This document shows, in pieces, positions 20,471 to 30,327 of a DNA stretch of 57,927 nt (its first letter is position 1; each line of letters opens with the position of its first letter). The notes below the pieces were generated by a model. The model saw only the letters and a list, made by a program, of their open reading frames with translations, did no database searches and had not been told where the DNA came from. The position numbers and the translations under genes are program-made. Source of the DNA: Dehalococcoidia bacterium (GTDB lineage: Bacteria > Chloroflexota > Dehalococcoidia > SZUA-161); assembly GCA_014859215.1 (NCBI GenBank), contig JACUUS010000002.1, positions 1-57,927 on the forward strand, written 5' to 3'.

Positions 20471-21985
20471 TTATGCCTGGAAAGTCATGCTTTGCTTGAA
20501 TTCGTCTATGGCCTGTCCGAGCGCTTGCGCAGTCTCGTCCTTTACGTCCTTTTCGGCGGCGATGGCTTTCCCGATCTCCGGATGATTTGCGTCCATAAAT
20601 CTGTAAAACGCGCTTTCCGCGGGCTTGATCTGCGCGACGGGTATGCTATCAAGATAGCCGTTTGTAACGGCGAAGATAATCATAACCTGCTTTTCCAGGG
20701 GCATCGGCGAGTATTGCGGTTGCTTGAGGATTTCTGTGATGCGCTGTCCGCGGTCAAGCTGGGCGCGGGTAGCCTTGTCCAGATCGGCCGTTCCGAACTG
20801 CGCGAAGGTAGACATCTCGCGGTACTGGGATAGATCCAGTCGTATTGAGCCGGCGACTTTCTTCATCGCCTTTGTCTGGGCTTTACCGCCTACACGCGAG
20901 ACTGAAAGGCCTATATTCATAGCAGGCCTAATGCCTGCGTTGAACAGGTCCGCTTCCAGGTATATCTGGCCGTCGGTGATGGAGATCACGTTGGTCGGTA
21001 TGTAAGCAGAGATGTCGGCCGCCTGGGTTTCGATAATGGGGAGAGCGGTTAGTGAGCCCCCGCCATGCTCGGCGTTATATTTGGCCGACCTCTCGAGCAG
21101 GCGCGAGTGGAGATAAAAAACATCCCCTGGATAGGCCTCGCGCCCTGCGGGCCGCCTCAGGAGAAGGGAAATTTGCCTGTAAGCCCAGGCATGCTTCGTA
21201 AGATCATCATAGATAATAAGCGCATCTCCGCCGTTGTCCATGATCTCTTCTCCCATCGCGCATCCCGCGTACGGCGCAAGAAACTGCAGGGCCGCCGGGT
21301 CGGAGGCGCTGGCTGCGACGACGATCGTGTGGTCCATCGCCCCGTGTTCCTGGAGGGTAGCAACCGTTTGCACTACCTTGGAAGCTTTTTGTCCGATCGC
21401 AACATAGATGCAGACGAGGTCTCCGCCTTTCTGATTCAGGATCGTATCGAGCGCTATCGTTGTCTTGCCTGTCGATCGGTCGCCGATAATCAGCTCCCTC
21501 TGGCCTCTGCCGATGGGAATAATGCTGTCGATAGCTTTGATGCCTGTCTGGACGGGAGTGTCCACAGAAGCTCGGACAACGACGTTAGGCGCTATGCGTT
21601 CAGCGGGCGTGGTCCGCTCATACCGGATCGGCCCCTTGCCGTCTATGGGGTGGCCGAGCGAATTAACAACGCGGCCGATAAGCCCTTTGCCAACGGGCAC
21701 CTCAATGATGCGACCTGTTGACTTCACCTCGTCGCCTTCGCGCAGGTTCGAATAATCGCTCAACAGGATTGCGCCTACATTGTCTTCTTCAAGGTTGAGG
21801 GCGAGGCCGAACACATCTCCGGGAAATTCAAGCAGTTCGTTATACTTGGCTCCAGCCAGCCCGTGGATGCGCGCAATACCATCGCCTACCTCGACCACAG
21901 TCCCCACATTGACTTCGGTCAGCGGGGCACCGAACTGTTCTATCTGCTGTCTGATTACCCTGGCAATATCCTGAGCCCGTGCCAT
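20471..21985 (-). CDS. atpA: F1 ATP synthase alpha subunit
   Basis: GDRSTGKT Walker A motif. 504 aa. Confidence 0.97.
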   Translation of the reverse strand: MARAQDIARVIRQQIEQFGAPLTEVNVGTVVEVGDGIARIHGLAGAKYNELLEFPGDVFGLALNLEEDNVGAILLSDYSNLREGDEVKSTGRIIEVPVGKGLIGRVVNSLGHPIDGKGPIRYERTTPAERIAPNVVVRASVDTPVQTGIKAIDSIIPIGRGQRELIIGDRSTGKTTIALDTILNQKGGDLVCIYVAIGQKASKVVQTVATLQEHGAMDHTIVVAASASDPAALQFLAPYAGCAMGEEIMDNGGDALIIYDDLTKHAWAYRQISLLLRRPAGREAYPGDVFYLHSRLLERSAKYNAEHGGGSLTALPIIETQAADISAYIPTNVISITDGQIYLEADLFNAGIRPAMNIGLSVSRVGGKAQTKAMKKVAGSIRLDLSQYREMSTFAQFGTADLDKATRAQLDRGQRITEILKQPQYSPMPLEKQVMIIFAVTNGYLDSIPVAQIKPAESAFYRFMDANHPEIGKAIAAEKDVKDETAQALGQAIDEFKQSMTFQA

Positions 21986-22041
21986 AGTGTGTACTCCTCT
22001 TTTCCGGCCCAGCCCGGCGGTGCATAAGCTTCGAGCGTAAG

Positions 22042-22581
22042 TCAGGCCGCTGCCGCAAGCTGCTTCTTCAGGGCTTCAAGTTTCGCCCTTGTACTTGCAT
22101 CAATGAGCCTGTCGCCTATCCTGGCGACAAAACCTCCCAGTATCTCCGGGTCAACCCTGGCCTGGAGAGTTATGCGTTTGCCGCCAGTCACGGATGCGAG
22201 ATAGCTGGTGAGCCTGGCGGTATCATTCTTATCCAGTGGTACCGCGGTTGTAACCTCAGCTTTCTCAAGGCCCTGATGGGCGTCGGCCATCCGGTCATAC
22301 TGATCTGCAATGTGGTCCAGAAGGGCCAATCTCTGTCTGGAAACCAGGTAATAGGCAAAATTCAAGGGAAGGCGGTCAAGGTCCGGGAAAAGCGCGTCAA
22401 TGACCTGCTGCTTATTCTCAAGAGGTACCCGGGGGTTTTCGAGAATCGCAAGTATTTCGGGGTCCTTCAGGGCTGAGGAAAGGGTTCTCAAACAGGTGCG
22501 CCAACGCTCGATCTCGTCCCGCTCCCTTGCGATTTCGAAGACTGCCTGTGCGTGCCTTCTGGCCGATGATGTAGCGGGCAA
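22042..22581 (-). CDS. atpH: F1 ATP synthase delta (OSCP) subunit
   Basis: Position between atpF and atp[12 protein letters not shown]-terminus typical of OSCP. Confidence 0.85.
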   Translation of the reverse strand: MPATSSARRHAQAVFEIARERDEIERWRTCLRTLSSALKDPEILAILENPRVPLENKQQVIDALFPDLDRLPLNFAYYLVSRQRLALLDHIADQYDRMADAHQGLEKAEVTTAVPLDKNDTARLTSYLASVTGGKRITLQARVDPEILGGFVARIGDRLIDASTRAKLEALKKQLAAAA

Positions 22582-23154
22582 TTAGGGTTCTCTCCTGAAC
22601 CTGGTGCTTTCTTTCATCGCTTCCTCGATCAGGTCTCTATGGGCTTCCTTGTCAAGAGTCCGTTTTATTACCTTTTCCGCAGCCAGAATCGCCACTTCGG
22701 CAAATTCCCTGCGTAACTGGGCCAGGGCTTCTTCGCTCTCTGTCTGAATCTCAGCACGGGTCCGTGCTACGATTGCCTCCGCATCCAGCCTGGCTTGCTC
22801 CCTTGCCTCAGCCTTAAGCCGTTCACCGATCTGTTCGGCCTGAACAATGAGTTCCTGTCCCTGCTTGCGGGCCTGGGTCAGTTGCGCCTGGACCTGTTCT
22901 TCTGTCCTGGCTGACTGCTGCTTTATGCGATCGGCCTGCTCCATGCTTTCCTTAATGCGCTCTGAGCGCTGATCGAGCATGCGAGTTATGGGCTTGTAAG
23001 CGAAGTAGCCGAGGATTACCAGGAGCAGACCAAAGCTAATGAACTGTGATAGGAGGCCATGCCAGTTCACGCCGAGTTCAGCCAGCCCCTCACAACCGCT
23101 GAGAAGGAACAGCAATGGAATGATGGTGACGGCAAGGCCGATACGGTATTTCAT
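22582..23154 (-). CDS. atpF: Fo ATP synthase b subunit with an extra N-terminal lipoprotein-like signal
   Basis: The canonical b region begins at VNWHGLLSQFISFGLLLVILGYFAYKPI. The ATG at 23154 has a GGGAG RBS 6 nt upstream and adds MKYRIGLAVTIIPLLFLLSGC. Confidence 0.85.
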   Translation of the reverse strand: MKYRIGLAVTIIPLLFLLSGCEGLAELGVNWHGLLSQFISFGLLLVILGYFAYKPITRMLDQRSERIKESMEQADRIKQQSARTEEQVQAQLTQARKQGQELIVQAEQIGERLKAEAREQARLDAEAIVARTRAEIQTESEEALAQLRREFAEVAILAAEKVIKRTLDKEAHRDLIEEAMKESTRFRREP

Positions 23155-23281
23155 TTTGTACTCCCAATGAGTAGCTTATCGGAATCGCAGACTGGTTGAC
23201 AAGCTGCGGGATCGCGCGGGCCTGGTCCGGGTTCGGAGGACTCAGACCAGGTCCGCCGGATAGTTTCCGCAGACTACGGCA

Positions 23282-23524
<243 letters not shown>

Positions 23525-23534
23525 TTATGGATTG

Positions 23535-24491
23535 TCAGTGGTCCTCTTCCGGTCTTGCGACTGCGAACGTGGCGAAAACCAGAGTGAGTGTGCCAAATAT
23601 CAAAGCCTGTATCACGCCGAGGAGCGTTTCGAGGCCGTAGAAGGGCACGGCTATCAACCACGGAATAATGAACGCGATAATAAGGACAAGCAGCTCGCCT
23701 GCCGTCATGTTTCCGAATAAACGGGCCGTGAAGCTAATGATCCTGATGAATTCGCTCAATGCTTCCAGGGCCCCGACAAAGGCATCGACGAACCCCGAGG
23801 CAAAGGAGCCGGCCGCGGCTTTGAGTTTGCCCTTCACGAGCTGGCTAAAGCCAAGAAGGATGCGCCTGAACCTGGCGAACTTGCCGAGATACGTGCGCCA
23901 CCCGAGGGCGGAAAGACCCCAGTACTCGACGGCGATGAACGAGACGAGAGCGAGCATGAGGGGGATATTTATATCGGTATTGGCGCCCCTGAGCAAGGGG
24001 ACCTCAATGATTGGCCCTGAGTACTGGCCAAAGAAAAGGGTATCCGCGGTGCCTATATGGTATCTTCCAATAACATTGAATATCGGTAAGAGTGACAGCC
24101 ATGCATTGAAGAGGACGTAAAGGAATATCGTGCCAACAACCGGGAAGAACCGCTTCGCATTCTCACCGGCTATTCTTTCGACAAAGGAATACATACCTTC
24201 AATTACCATCTCGGCAAAATTCTGGACTCCTCTGGGAACGAGGCTCATCTTGCGTGTAGCAACGAAGAAGAAAGCGCCGAGTACGATAATGGTCAGCCAC
24301 GAAGCGATAAGCGTATTGCTTGCGCGGATGGGACCAAATGAGAAAAAGGGATCGGGACTGCCATCTCCATAGTTAGCCGCCAGGTGGATATCAGGGGGAG
24401 GTAAGGGGAAGAAGAGGCCGCTGATCAGCATCAGCGAGAGGACTATCAGGACGGCGATGATTACTTTTGTCTTGCGGCCGAATCTGGGCAC
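23535..24491 (-). CDS. atpB: Fo ATP synthase a subunit
   Basis: Essential Arg region ISFTARLFGNMTAGE. 318 aa. Confidence 0.93.
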   Translation of the reverse strand: MPRFGRKTKVIIAVLIVLSLMLISGLFFPLPPPDIHLAANYGDGSPDPFFSFGPIRASNTLIASWLTIIVLGAFFFVATRKMSLVPRGVQNFAEMVIEGMYSFVERIAGENAKRFFPVVGTIFLYVLFNAWLSLLPIFNVIGRYHIGTADTLFFGQYSGPIIEVPLLRGANTDINIPLMLALVSFIAVEYWGLSALGWRTYLGKFARFRRILLGFSQLVKGKLKAAAGSFASGFVDAFVGALEALSEFIRIISFTARLFGNMTAGELLVLIIAFIIPWLIAVPFYGLETLLGVIQALIFGTLTLVFATFAVARPEEDH

Positions 24492-24495
24492 TTAG

Positions 24496-24735
24496 TTACT
24501 TTCCCTGGTCGTTCTTACGCGACATAAGAGTTTTTAGAATGCGATACACTCCCCAAAAGGCCAGGAACAGTCCGAATAACAGGCCAATGAGCGTGAACGC
24601 CAGTTCCGTGCCGGGACCATCGAGTCTCTGCCCAATCCACCTCCCGCCCAGTACGCCGAGCAGAATACAGACGGCGATGTACCAGCCGATACCAACAAAC
24701 GTGAGTACGTCCGCCCATCGACCCATGGCCCACAC
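24496..24735 (-). CDS. atpZ: AtpZ/AtpI-like small membrane protein
   Basis: Two-TM, 79-aa protein directly upstream of atpB. Starts at GTG 24735 or ATG 24726. Confidence 0.7.
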   Translation of the reverse strand: MWAMGRWADVLTFVGIGWYIAVCILLGVLGGRWIGQRLDGPGTELAFTLIGLLFGLFLAFWGVYRILKTLMSRKNDQGK

Positions 24736-24743
24736 ACGGAGGG

Positions 24744-24772
24744 ATTATAGCATACGCGGTGTCAGGACTCAA
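24744..24772 (-). promoter_or_regulatory. atp operon promoter TTGAGT-N17-TATAAT
   Basis: Perfect -10 box (plus-strand attata at 24744..24749) and a 17-nt spacer. The GTG of atpZ is 8 nt beyond the -10 box. Confidence 0.5.
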
Positions 24773-24840
24773 TAGCCAACAGCTATCGAGCGCAGAGGCG
24801 GCTCATAAGGGATGCATGAGAAGACTCCGGTACAATACAC

Positions 24841-24984
24841 TTAACGTTTCCTCCGGCGGTTTCTCCTCTTCAAAGCGGCGTCCTTGTACACACGGACCAG
24901 GCTTCTTCCGTGCTGGAGCATCTTCCGGCGTCTCCTGGACAATTTCCGGTCACGCTTTTCCTGTCTGGTGCCTTCATTTTCCAT
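24841..24984 (-). CDS. candidate small ORF, 47 aa, arginine/lysine-rich (not in the ORF track)
   Basis: ATG at 24984, 5 nt after GGAGAG. My translation is MENEGTRQEKRDRKLSRRRRKMLQHGRSLVRVYKDAALKRRNRRRKR, with stop TAA at 24841..24843. It lies between the uvrB stop and the atp promoter. Confidence 0.35.
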   Translation of the reverse strand: MENEGTRQEKRDRKLSRRRRKMLQHGRSLVRVYKDAALKRRNRRRKR

Positions 24985-25006
24985 TGGAACTCTCCGGGCA
25001 CTGCAT

Positions 25007-26977
25007 TCAGACGAGTTCTTTGCGCAGGTCCAGGATCTGGTCTCTTATCAAAGCGGCCTTCTCGTACTCGAAGTTCCTCGCAGCGGTACGCATCTGCGCT
25101 TCAAGGCTCTTGATAAGGCGGGCAATCTCGTCCCTGGGCATGGTGGAAACGGCGGCATAATGTGCGCGGGCCTCGGCAACCACTTTGAGTTGGTCTGTAA
25201 TACCCTTGACGGCCTTGCGGATACTCTGTGGAGTGATGCCATGCTCACGATTGTAGGCGAGTTGAATACGGCGGCGCCGGTCAGTCTCATCCATTGCTCG
25301 CCTCATCGAATCAGTTATCATATCGGCATACATAATGACGTGGCCCTGGGAGTGGCGCGCCGCACGTCCCATGGTCTGAATGAGGGAGCTTTCAGACCTG
25401 AGGTATCCCTCCTTGTCGGCATCGAGGATGGCTACAAGGCTCACTTCCGGGAGGTCCAGGCCCTCCCGTAGGAGGTTTATTCCAACCACAACGTCGTAGA
25501 CGCCCAGCCGGAGGTCTCGCAGAATCTCCACCCGTTCGAGTGTATCGATTTCGGAATGGAGATAGTGAGTCTTGATTCCCATTTCCTTGAGATATTCCGA
25601 AAGCTGCTCGGCCATCCGCTTGGTTAGCGTGGTTACCAGGCAGCGCTGCCCGTTATCGGTACGGCACTTTATCTGATCAAGAAGATCGTCGATCTGTCCC
25701 TTAGTAGGCTTGATTTCAATAGTGGGGTCGACGAGGCCGGTGGGTCTGACCACCTGCTCGACGACCTGGAGGCTATGGGTACGCTCGTAGGGACCGGGCG
25801 TAGCCGAAACGTATATGGCCTGCCCTACGCGAGCTTGAAACTCGTCAAAGTTCAGAGGGCGGTTGTCGAGAGCCGAAGGCAGGCGAAAACCGTATTCGAC
25901 AAGTGTCTTCTTGCGGGATAGGTCGCCGTGATACATGCCCCTGACCTGAGGCAGGCTCATATGGGATTCATCTGTGACGAGCAGGAAGTCTTTCGGAAAG
26001 TAATCGAGCAAGGTCCACGGAGGGCTCCCGGGCGCGCGTCGGGCGAGGTGGCGCGAGTAGTTTTCCACGCCGGTGCAGTAGCCTGTCTCTCTGAGCATTT
26101 CCAGATCATAGTTGGTGCGTGCTTCGAGCCTGGCTGCCTCCAGAAGCTTATTCTGACTCTTTAGCTCCGCAAGTCTTTCACCTAGCTCGGTCTTGATGTC
26201 CTCCATAGCTGCGACGAGCTTATCATGGGACGTTACAAAGTGTTTGGCCGGGTATATGTCTAGCTGCTGCCGCTCGGCAAGGATTTCGCCAGTCAGCGGA
26301 TCGATCTCTAGAATACGCTCTACTTCGTCGCCCCAGAACTGGATGCGAACAGCGATTTCTTCGTAAGCCGGCTGAACCTCAAGGCTGTCCCCCCTCACGC
26401 GGAAACGTCCGCGTGTGAAGTCCACATCATTCCGCTCATACTGCATATCTACGAGCTGCCGCACCAGGCGGTCGCGGTGGCGAACCTCGCCCTGCCTGAC
26501 ACTGGCCATGAAACTGTAATACTCCTCCGGAGCGCCCAGACCATAGATGCACGACACCGAGGCCACAACCACAACGTCGCGGCGAACAAAAAGAGCCCGG
26601 GTTGCCGCATGGCGCAGCTTATCTATCTCCTCGTTGATGTCGGTTTCCTTCTCAATGTAGGTGTCAGTCCGTGGAATGTAAGCTTCGGGTTGGTAGTAAT
26701 CGTAGTAGCTCACGAAATACTCGACGGCGTTTTCGGGGAAGAAATCCCTGAACTCAGAACAGAGCTGGGCGGCCAGGGTCTTGTTGTGGGCGATAACCAG
26801 CGTCGGACGCTGGATGCTTTCGATGACATTGGCGATGGTGAAAGTCTTGCCGCTGCCGGTAACGCCCAGGAGAGTCTGTTTCTGATATCCTTTCGAGAGA
26901 CCGTCTACAAGCCTTTCAACTGCCTGCGGCTGATCACCGGTTAGCGGGAAATCAGATGAAATCTTGAATGCTGGCAT
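25007..26977 (-). CDS. uvrB: excinuclease ABC subunit B
   Basis: [23 protein letters not shown] aligns with the E. coli UvrB N-terminus. GVTGSGKT Walker A motif. C-terminal UVR domain. The track start at 27049 adds 24 non-homologous residues. Confidence 0.95.
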   Translation of the reverse strand: MPAFKISSDFPLTGDQPQAVERLVDGLSKGYQKQTLLGVTGSGKTFTIANVIESIQRPTLVIAHNKTLAAQLCSEFRDFFPENAVEYFVSYYDYYQPEAYIPRTDTYIEKETDINEEIDKLRHAATRALFVRRDVVVVASVSCIYGLGAPEEYYSFMASVRQGEVRHRDRLVRQLVDMQYERNDVDFTRGRFRVRGDSLEVQPAYEEIAVRIQFWGDEVERILEIDPLTGEILAERQQLDIYPAKHFVTSHDKLVAAMEDIKTELGERLAELKSQNKLLEAARLEARTNYDLEMLRETGYCTGVENYSRHLARRAPGSPPWTLLDYFPKDFLLVTDESHMSLPQVRGMYHGDLSRKKTLVEYGFRLPSALDNRPLNFDEFQARVGQAIYVSATPGPYERTHSLQVVEQVVRPTGLVDPTIEIKPTKGQIDDLLDQIKCRTDNGQRCLVTTLTKRMAEQLSEYLKEMGIKTHYLHSEIDTLERVEILRDLRLGVYDVVVGINLLREGLDLPEVSLVAILDADKEGYLRSESSLIQTMGRAARHSQGHVIMYADMITDSMRRAMDETDRRRRIQLAYNREHGITPQSIRKAVKGITDQLKVVAEARAHYAAVSTMPRDEIARLIKSLEAQMRTAARNFEYEKAALIRDQILDLRKELV

Positions 26978-27091
26978 GGTTGGTACTTCGTATTGGTGTG
27001 GCGTCTGAGTTGACTTTGCCTGACTTTGCCCTGTGACTGCCAGGCACACAACATGATTGTATCGCAGTTCGACACGACCGGCAAAAGGCGA

Positions 27092-27745
27092 CTAGGAGAA
27101 GCGTTCGATAAGGCGAGTAATTCCCTCGAAGAAGCCGGCGCCAGCGAACGCGAAGGCCAGTGACTTGATTGTCTTTCCGATCCAGGCGAAGAAGAGGAAC
27201 CGTGAAATTGGATAGCGGAGAGCGCCCGCAGCGGCGGTTGCGAGTTTGATGAAGAAGTTCGGAACTGCGGACACGACAAGGATAGTCACCCCGCCGCGCC
27301 TCTTCATCCAGCTTTCAATCTGGCCGTACCTCTTCCACCTCTTGATTGCGACCTGGCTTCCGAATCCGGCGGTATAACCGGCAAGCTCGCCGACCGGTTC
27401 ACCCAGGCCAGCTGCGATTCCGACGAAGAAGGGGTTGAGACCCAGCCCGGCTGCCAGAAAAGCCGCCCACGAACCCGGCAAAGGCCAGATGGGAGATGCG
27501 CTTCCGATCACGGCCATAAGGAAGACGCCCAGATAACCGGAGGTGGCCAGGTATTCTTCGGGATTGCTCGGCCTCTGGACAAGCGCGCTTACCATCAACA
27601 TAATCAGGACGCCAATTATGAGCAGGGCCAGGTACTTGATATGCGTCCAGGTCCAGAAATTGGAAGGCTTCCTGTTGGAATGGGTTTCGCCGGTGGGAGG
27701 GATATCCGGCTCTGAGCCTGGAGAGGGGTCGGTACGAAAAGTCAT
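27092..27745 (-). CDS. VTT-domain (DedA/YqaA-like) membrane protein
   Basis: Polytopic protein of 217 aa. GEPVGELAGYTAGFG and ILVVSAVPNFF resemble SNARE-associated/VTT-domain proteins. Confidence 0.6.
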   Translation of the reverse strand: MTFRTDPSPGSEPDIPPTGETHSNRKPSNFWTWTHIKYLALLIIGVLIMLMVSALVQRPSNPEEYLATSGYLGVFLMAVIGSASPIWPLPGSWAAFLAAGLGLNPFFVGIAAGLGEPVGELAGYTAGFGSQVAIKRWKRYGQIESWMKRRGGVTILVVSAVPNFFIKLATAAAGALRYPISRFLFFAWIGKTIKSLAFAFAGAGFFEGITRLIERFS

Positions 27746-27754
27746 GTTAAGTAC

Positions 27755-27783
27755 AGATTACGACTGGAAAACGCGCAAGTCAA
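27755..27783 (-). promoter_or_regulatory. promoter TTGACT-N17-TAATCT, 9 nt before the ATG of the VTT protein
   Basis: Read on the minus strand. There is no SD between the -10 box and ATG 27745. Confidence 0.4.
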
Positions 27784-27802
27784 TAGAATGTGAGATTGAG
27801 GT

Positions 27803-27831
27803 TTGCGATGCTCCGGTTGTGAAGCTATAAT
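27803..27831 (+). promoter_or_regulatory. promoter TTGCGA-N17-TATAAT for the radical SAM gene
   Basis: Perfect -10 box. A GAGG RBS lies 8 nt before ATG 27852. Confidence 0.5.
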
Positions 27832-27851
27832 GGTTTACTTGAGGCTGACGC

Positions 27852-29708
27852 ATGAACATTGATCGTATCTTACCCACTGTCTCACGTCCAGGGCGCTATA
27901 CGGGGGATGAATGGAACTCCTCCAGGAAGGACTGGGACTCGGCGGAGATCAGGGTCCTCCTTTCGTACCCTGATGTATATGAAATCGGGATGTCCAACCT
28001 GGGCATAGTCATCCTTTACGATATCTTGAACCGGGAACCGGGTGTTCTTGCGGAGAGAGTCTTCTCTCCCTGGGTGGACATGGAGGCAGCGATGAGGCGT
28101 GAAAGTGTGCCTCTGTTCAGCCTGGAGTCCAGACAGCCCGCCCATGAGTTTGATATCTTCGGGCTCTCGCTGGGCTATGAGCTCACTTACACCAATATGC
28201 TTGGCATGCTCGATCTCGCGGGCCTGCCAATACGGGCCAGGGAACGCGGGAATCAGCTTCCCCTTGTAATCGCTGGCGGAGGCTGCGCTTTCAATCCGGA
28301 ACCGGTTGCCGATTTCATAGACCTTTTCGTCATTGGTGATGGAGAAGATGCGCTCATCGAGTTGCTTGACGTCTTCCGGACATGGAAGCGGCAGGGGCGA
28401 CAAAGCAAACGGGACCTGCTTCTCGAAGCGGCGCGTATGCCCGGGATCTATGTCCCCGCATTCTACGAACCCCGATATAACCCGGACGGGACACTTGCCG
28501 CGATTACGGCGGAGATCAAGGAGATCCCTGACAGGATAATCAAACGTATAGTAAGCAGTCTGCCCAAACCGGTAACGAAGCCGGTGGTCCCGTATCTTCA
28601 GACTGTGCATGACCGGGCGGCAGTCGAGATTCAGCGCGGTTGCCTGCAGGGTTGCCGCTTCTGCCAGGCCGGCATCATATACCGGCCTGTCCGTGAGAGA
28701 AGCCAGCGGGAAGTATTGACGGCCGTTGACGAGCTCATCAGGAACTGTGGATATGATGAGGTCTCGCTGCTGTCACTGAGCAGCAGCGACTATCCTGACA
28801 TAAAGTCGGTTGTGTCAGCACTATCGGAGAAGTACAGGGATCGGGCCTTGAACCTCTCGCTGCCCAGCCTGCGACTTGATTCGTCCGGTGTCGCGCTCGC
28901 AGATGCTTTCGGGGACGGGAAGAAAGCGGGGTCTACGTTCGCGCCTGAGGCGGGTACGGAGCGGCTTCGGCGCATCATCAATAAGCGTCTTACAGATGAG
29001 GATATACTCCAGGCGGCAGAAACGGCGGTGGAGCGTGGGTGGAAGAACCTGAAGCTGTACTTCATGATAGGCCTGCCAGGCGAGACCATGGACGACGTGA
29101 GCGGAATAGTGCATCTTGTTCGTAAGATAAAGAACGTGGGCAAAGGCAGGATGAATATACGGGTCAATGCCTCGACATTCACACCGAAGGCGCACACTCC
29201 ATTCCAATGGGTGGCGCAGGCACCGCGTGATGTTCTGGAAAGTCGCCAGCAGGAATTGAGGAGCGGGCTAAGACGGATCGGCGTACATTTGTCATGGCAA
29301 GCGCCGGAGGTGAGCATTCTCGAAGCAGTCCTATCACGAGGAGACCGGCGCCTCAGCTGTGTCATTGAGGAGGCGTGGAAGGCTGGCTGCAGATTTGATG
29401 CCTGGAGCGAATGCTTTGATTTCCAGAGATGGCAGGCTGCCTTTGAGAAATGCGGCCTTGATCCGTGGTGGTATTCCGGCAGGGAGCGTAATCTGGACGA
29501 GATACTGCCGTGGTCACATATCGATACGGGAGTGTCTCCAGGTTTCCTGAAGAGGGAATACCTTCGCAGCATCAAAGGTGTCGAGACCCCGATGTGCGGG
29601 TACGAAAGGTGCAATGCCTGCGGCCTTCAGGAAATGAACGGGGACTGCCGGGCGAAATACCGGGAAATGCAGGCGAAATCGTCCGTCAAAGAGAAGCATG
29701 CTGAGTAG
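27852..29708 (+). CDS. B12-binding-domain radical SAM protein (TIGR03960-like)
   Basis: N-terminal LSYPDVYEIGMSNLGIVILYDILN and the cluster motif RGCLQGCRFCQAG (C-x3-C-x2-C). 618 aa. Confidence 0.75.
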   Translation: MNIDRILPTVSRPGRYTGDEWNSSRKDWDSAEIRVLLSYPDVYEIGMSNLGIVILYDILNREPGVLAERVFSPWVDMEAAMRRESVPLFSLESRQPAHEFDIFGLSLGYELTYTNMLGMLDLAGLPIRARERGNQLPLVIAGGGCAFNPEPVADFIDLFVIGDGEDALIELLDVFRTWKRQGRQSKRDLLLEAARMPGIYVPAFYEPRYNPDGTLAAITAEIKEIPDRIIKRIVSSLPKPVTKPVVPYLQTVHDRAAVEIQRGCLQGCRFCQAGIIYRPVRERSQREVLTAVDELIRNCGYDEVSLLSLSSSDYPDIKSVVSALSEKYRDRALNLSLPSLRLDSSGVALADAFGDGKKAGSTFAPEAGTERLRRIINKRLTDEDILQAAETAVERGWKNLKLYFMIGLPGETMDDVSGIVHLVRKIKNVGKGRMNIRVNASTFTPKAHTPFQWVAQAPRDVLESRQQELRSGLRRIGVHLSWQAPEVSILEAVLSRGDRRLSCVIEEAWKAGCRFDAWSECFDFQRWQAAFEKCGLDPWWYSGRERNLDEILPWSHIDTGVSPGFLKREYLRSIKGVETPMCGYERCNACGLQEMNGDCRAKYREMQAKSSVKEKHAE

Positions 29709-29709
29709 T

Positions 29710-30327
29710 CTATGCGATGTAGAGAAACCTTGCCAATCTCAGCGCCCAGGTTGGCAGAGGTTCCGTCGCGGGCATGAAGACTTTGCAGATTAAGACGGCG
29801 GTCACCGTGCCGATTATGGCGCCGCCCAGGATATCCACGAAGAAGTGTATTCCCCCGTAGAAACGCGCAAGCACCCAGAGCGAAGCAAGCGCATACAGTA
29901 ATGCACCTGCCTTGCGATTGCCAAACCAGACTCCCGTAGCGGCCGCAAACGTAATTGTCGCTGCATTACTTGGAAATGATGGATCGTGCGGCAGATAGAA
30001 AATAGTCTGAGCGGCATGCGTGGCGGCGTCCCTGACTGCCGGGTCAGTGACATCGTACGGCCTGGGCCAGAACTTGTTTGCGCTGTTGATGAGGAAGACT
30101 ACCAGGGTGGATATCCCGATAGAAACCGATGCCCCCATTATGGTCCTGTGTATTTGACTTCTCCTGACGGGGTTGGAATAGCCGACCCACAGGCCAAGCA
30201 TGATGAGGGCTATCGAAACGGGTATGAGAAAGTCACTCACTATGATGCTCATTACGCTATCGAATGCGGGAACTCTTCCTACGAAGCCGGTTATCCACAC
30301 TGTCCACTCAGATAGCGGCGGCATCAT
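29710..30327 (-). CDS. PAP2-family phosphatase (polyprenyl-diphosphate/lipid phosphatase type)
   Basis: PAP2 motifs KFWPRP, PSFPSNAA and ARFYGGIHFFVDILGG (KxxxxxxRP / PSGH-like / SRxxxxxHxxxD). Confidence 0.8.
   Translation of the reverse strand: MMPPLSEWTVWITGFVGRVPAFDSVMSIIVSDFLIPVSIALIMLGLWVGYSNPVRRSQIHRTIMGASVSIGISTLVVFLINSANKFWPRPYDVTDPAVRDAATHAAQTIFYLPHDPSFPSNAATITFAAATGVWFGNRKAGALLYALASLWVLARFYGGIHFFVDILGGAIIGTVTAVLICKVFMPATEPLPTWALRLARFLYIA

Noticed and set aside
23190-23260. Stem-loop (CCTGGTC...GACCAGG) in the 127-bp atpE-atpF spacer, as a possible attenuator that sets c-subunit stoichiometry.
   Set aside because: The stem is only 7-9 bp with a loop of about 17 nt and no U-tract. 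It is plausible but too weak to call from sequence alone.
24759-25471. Plus-strand ORFs (133 aa and 195 aa) spanning the uvrB-atp gap and running antisense into uvrB.
   Set aside because: Most of their length is antisense to the conserved uvrB C-terminus. They have no RBS. The gap is better explained by the minus-strand small ORF and the atp promoter.
26978-27049. N-terminal extensions in longest-ORF calls: uvrB +24 aa, ilvE +35 aa, thrC +32 aa, reductase +32 aa, groES +26 aa, peptidase +55 aa, SBP +47 aa.
   Set aside because: The extensions do not align with the known family N-termini. Internal ATG or TTG codons with good RBSs sit exactly where orthologs begin. The extensions are treated as non-coding.
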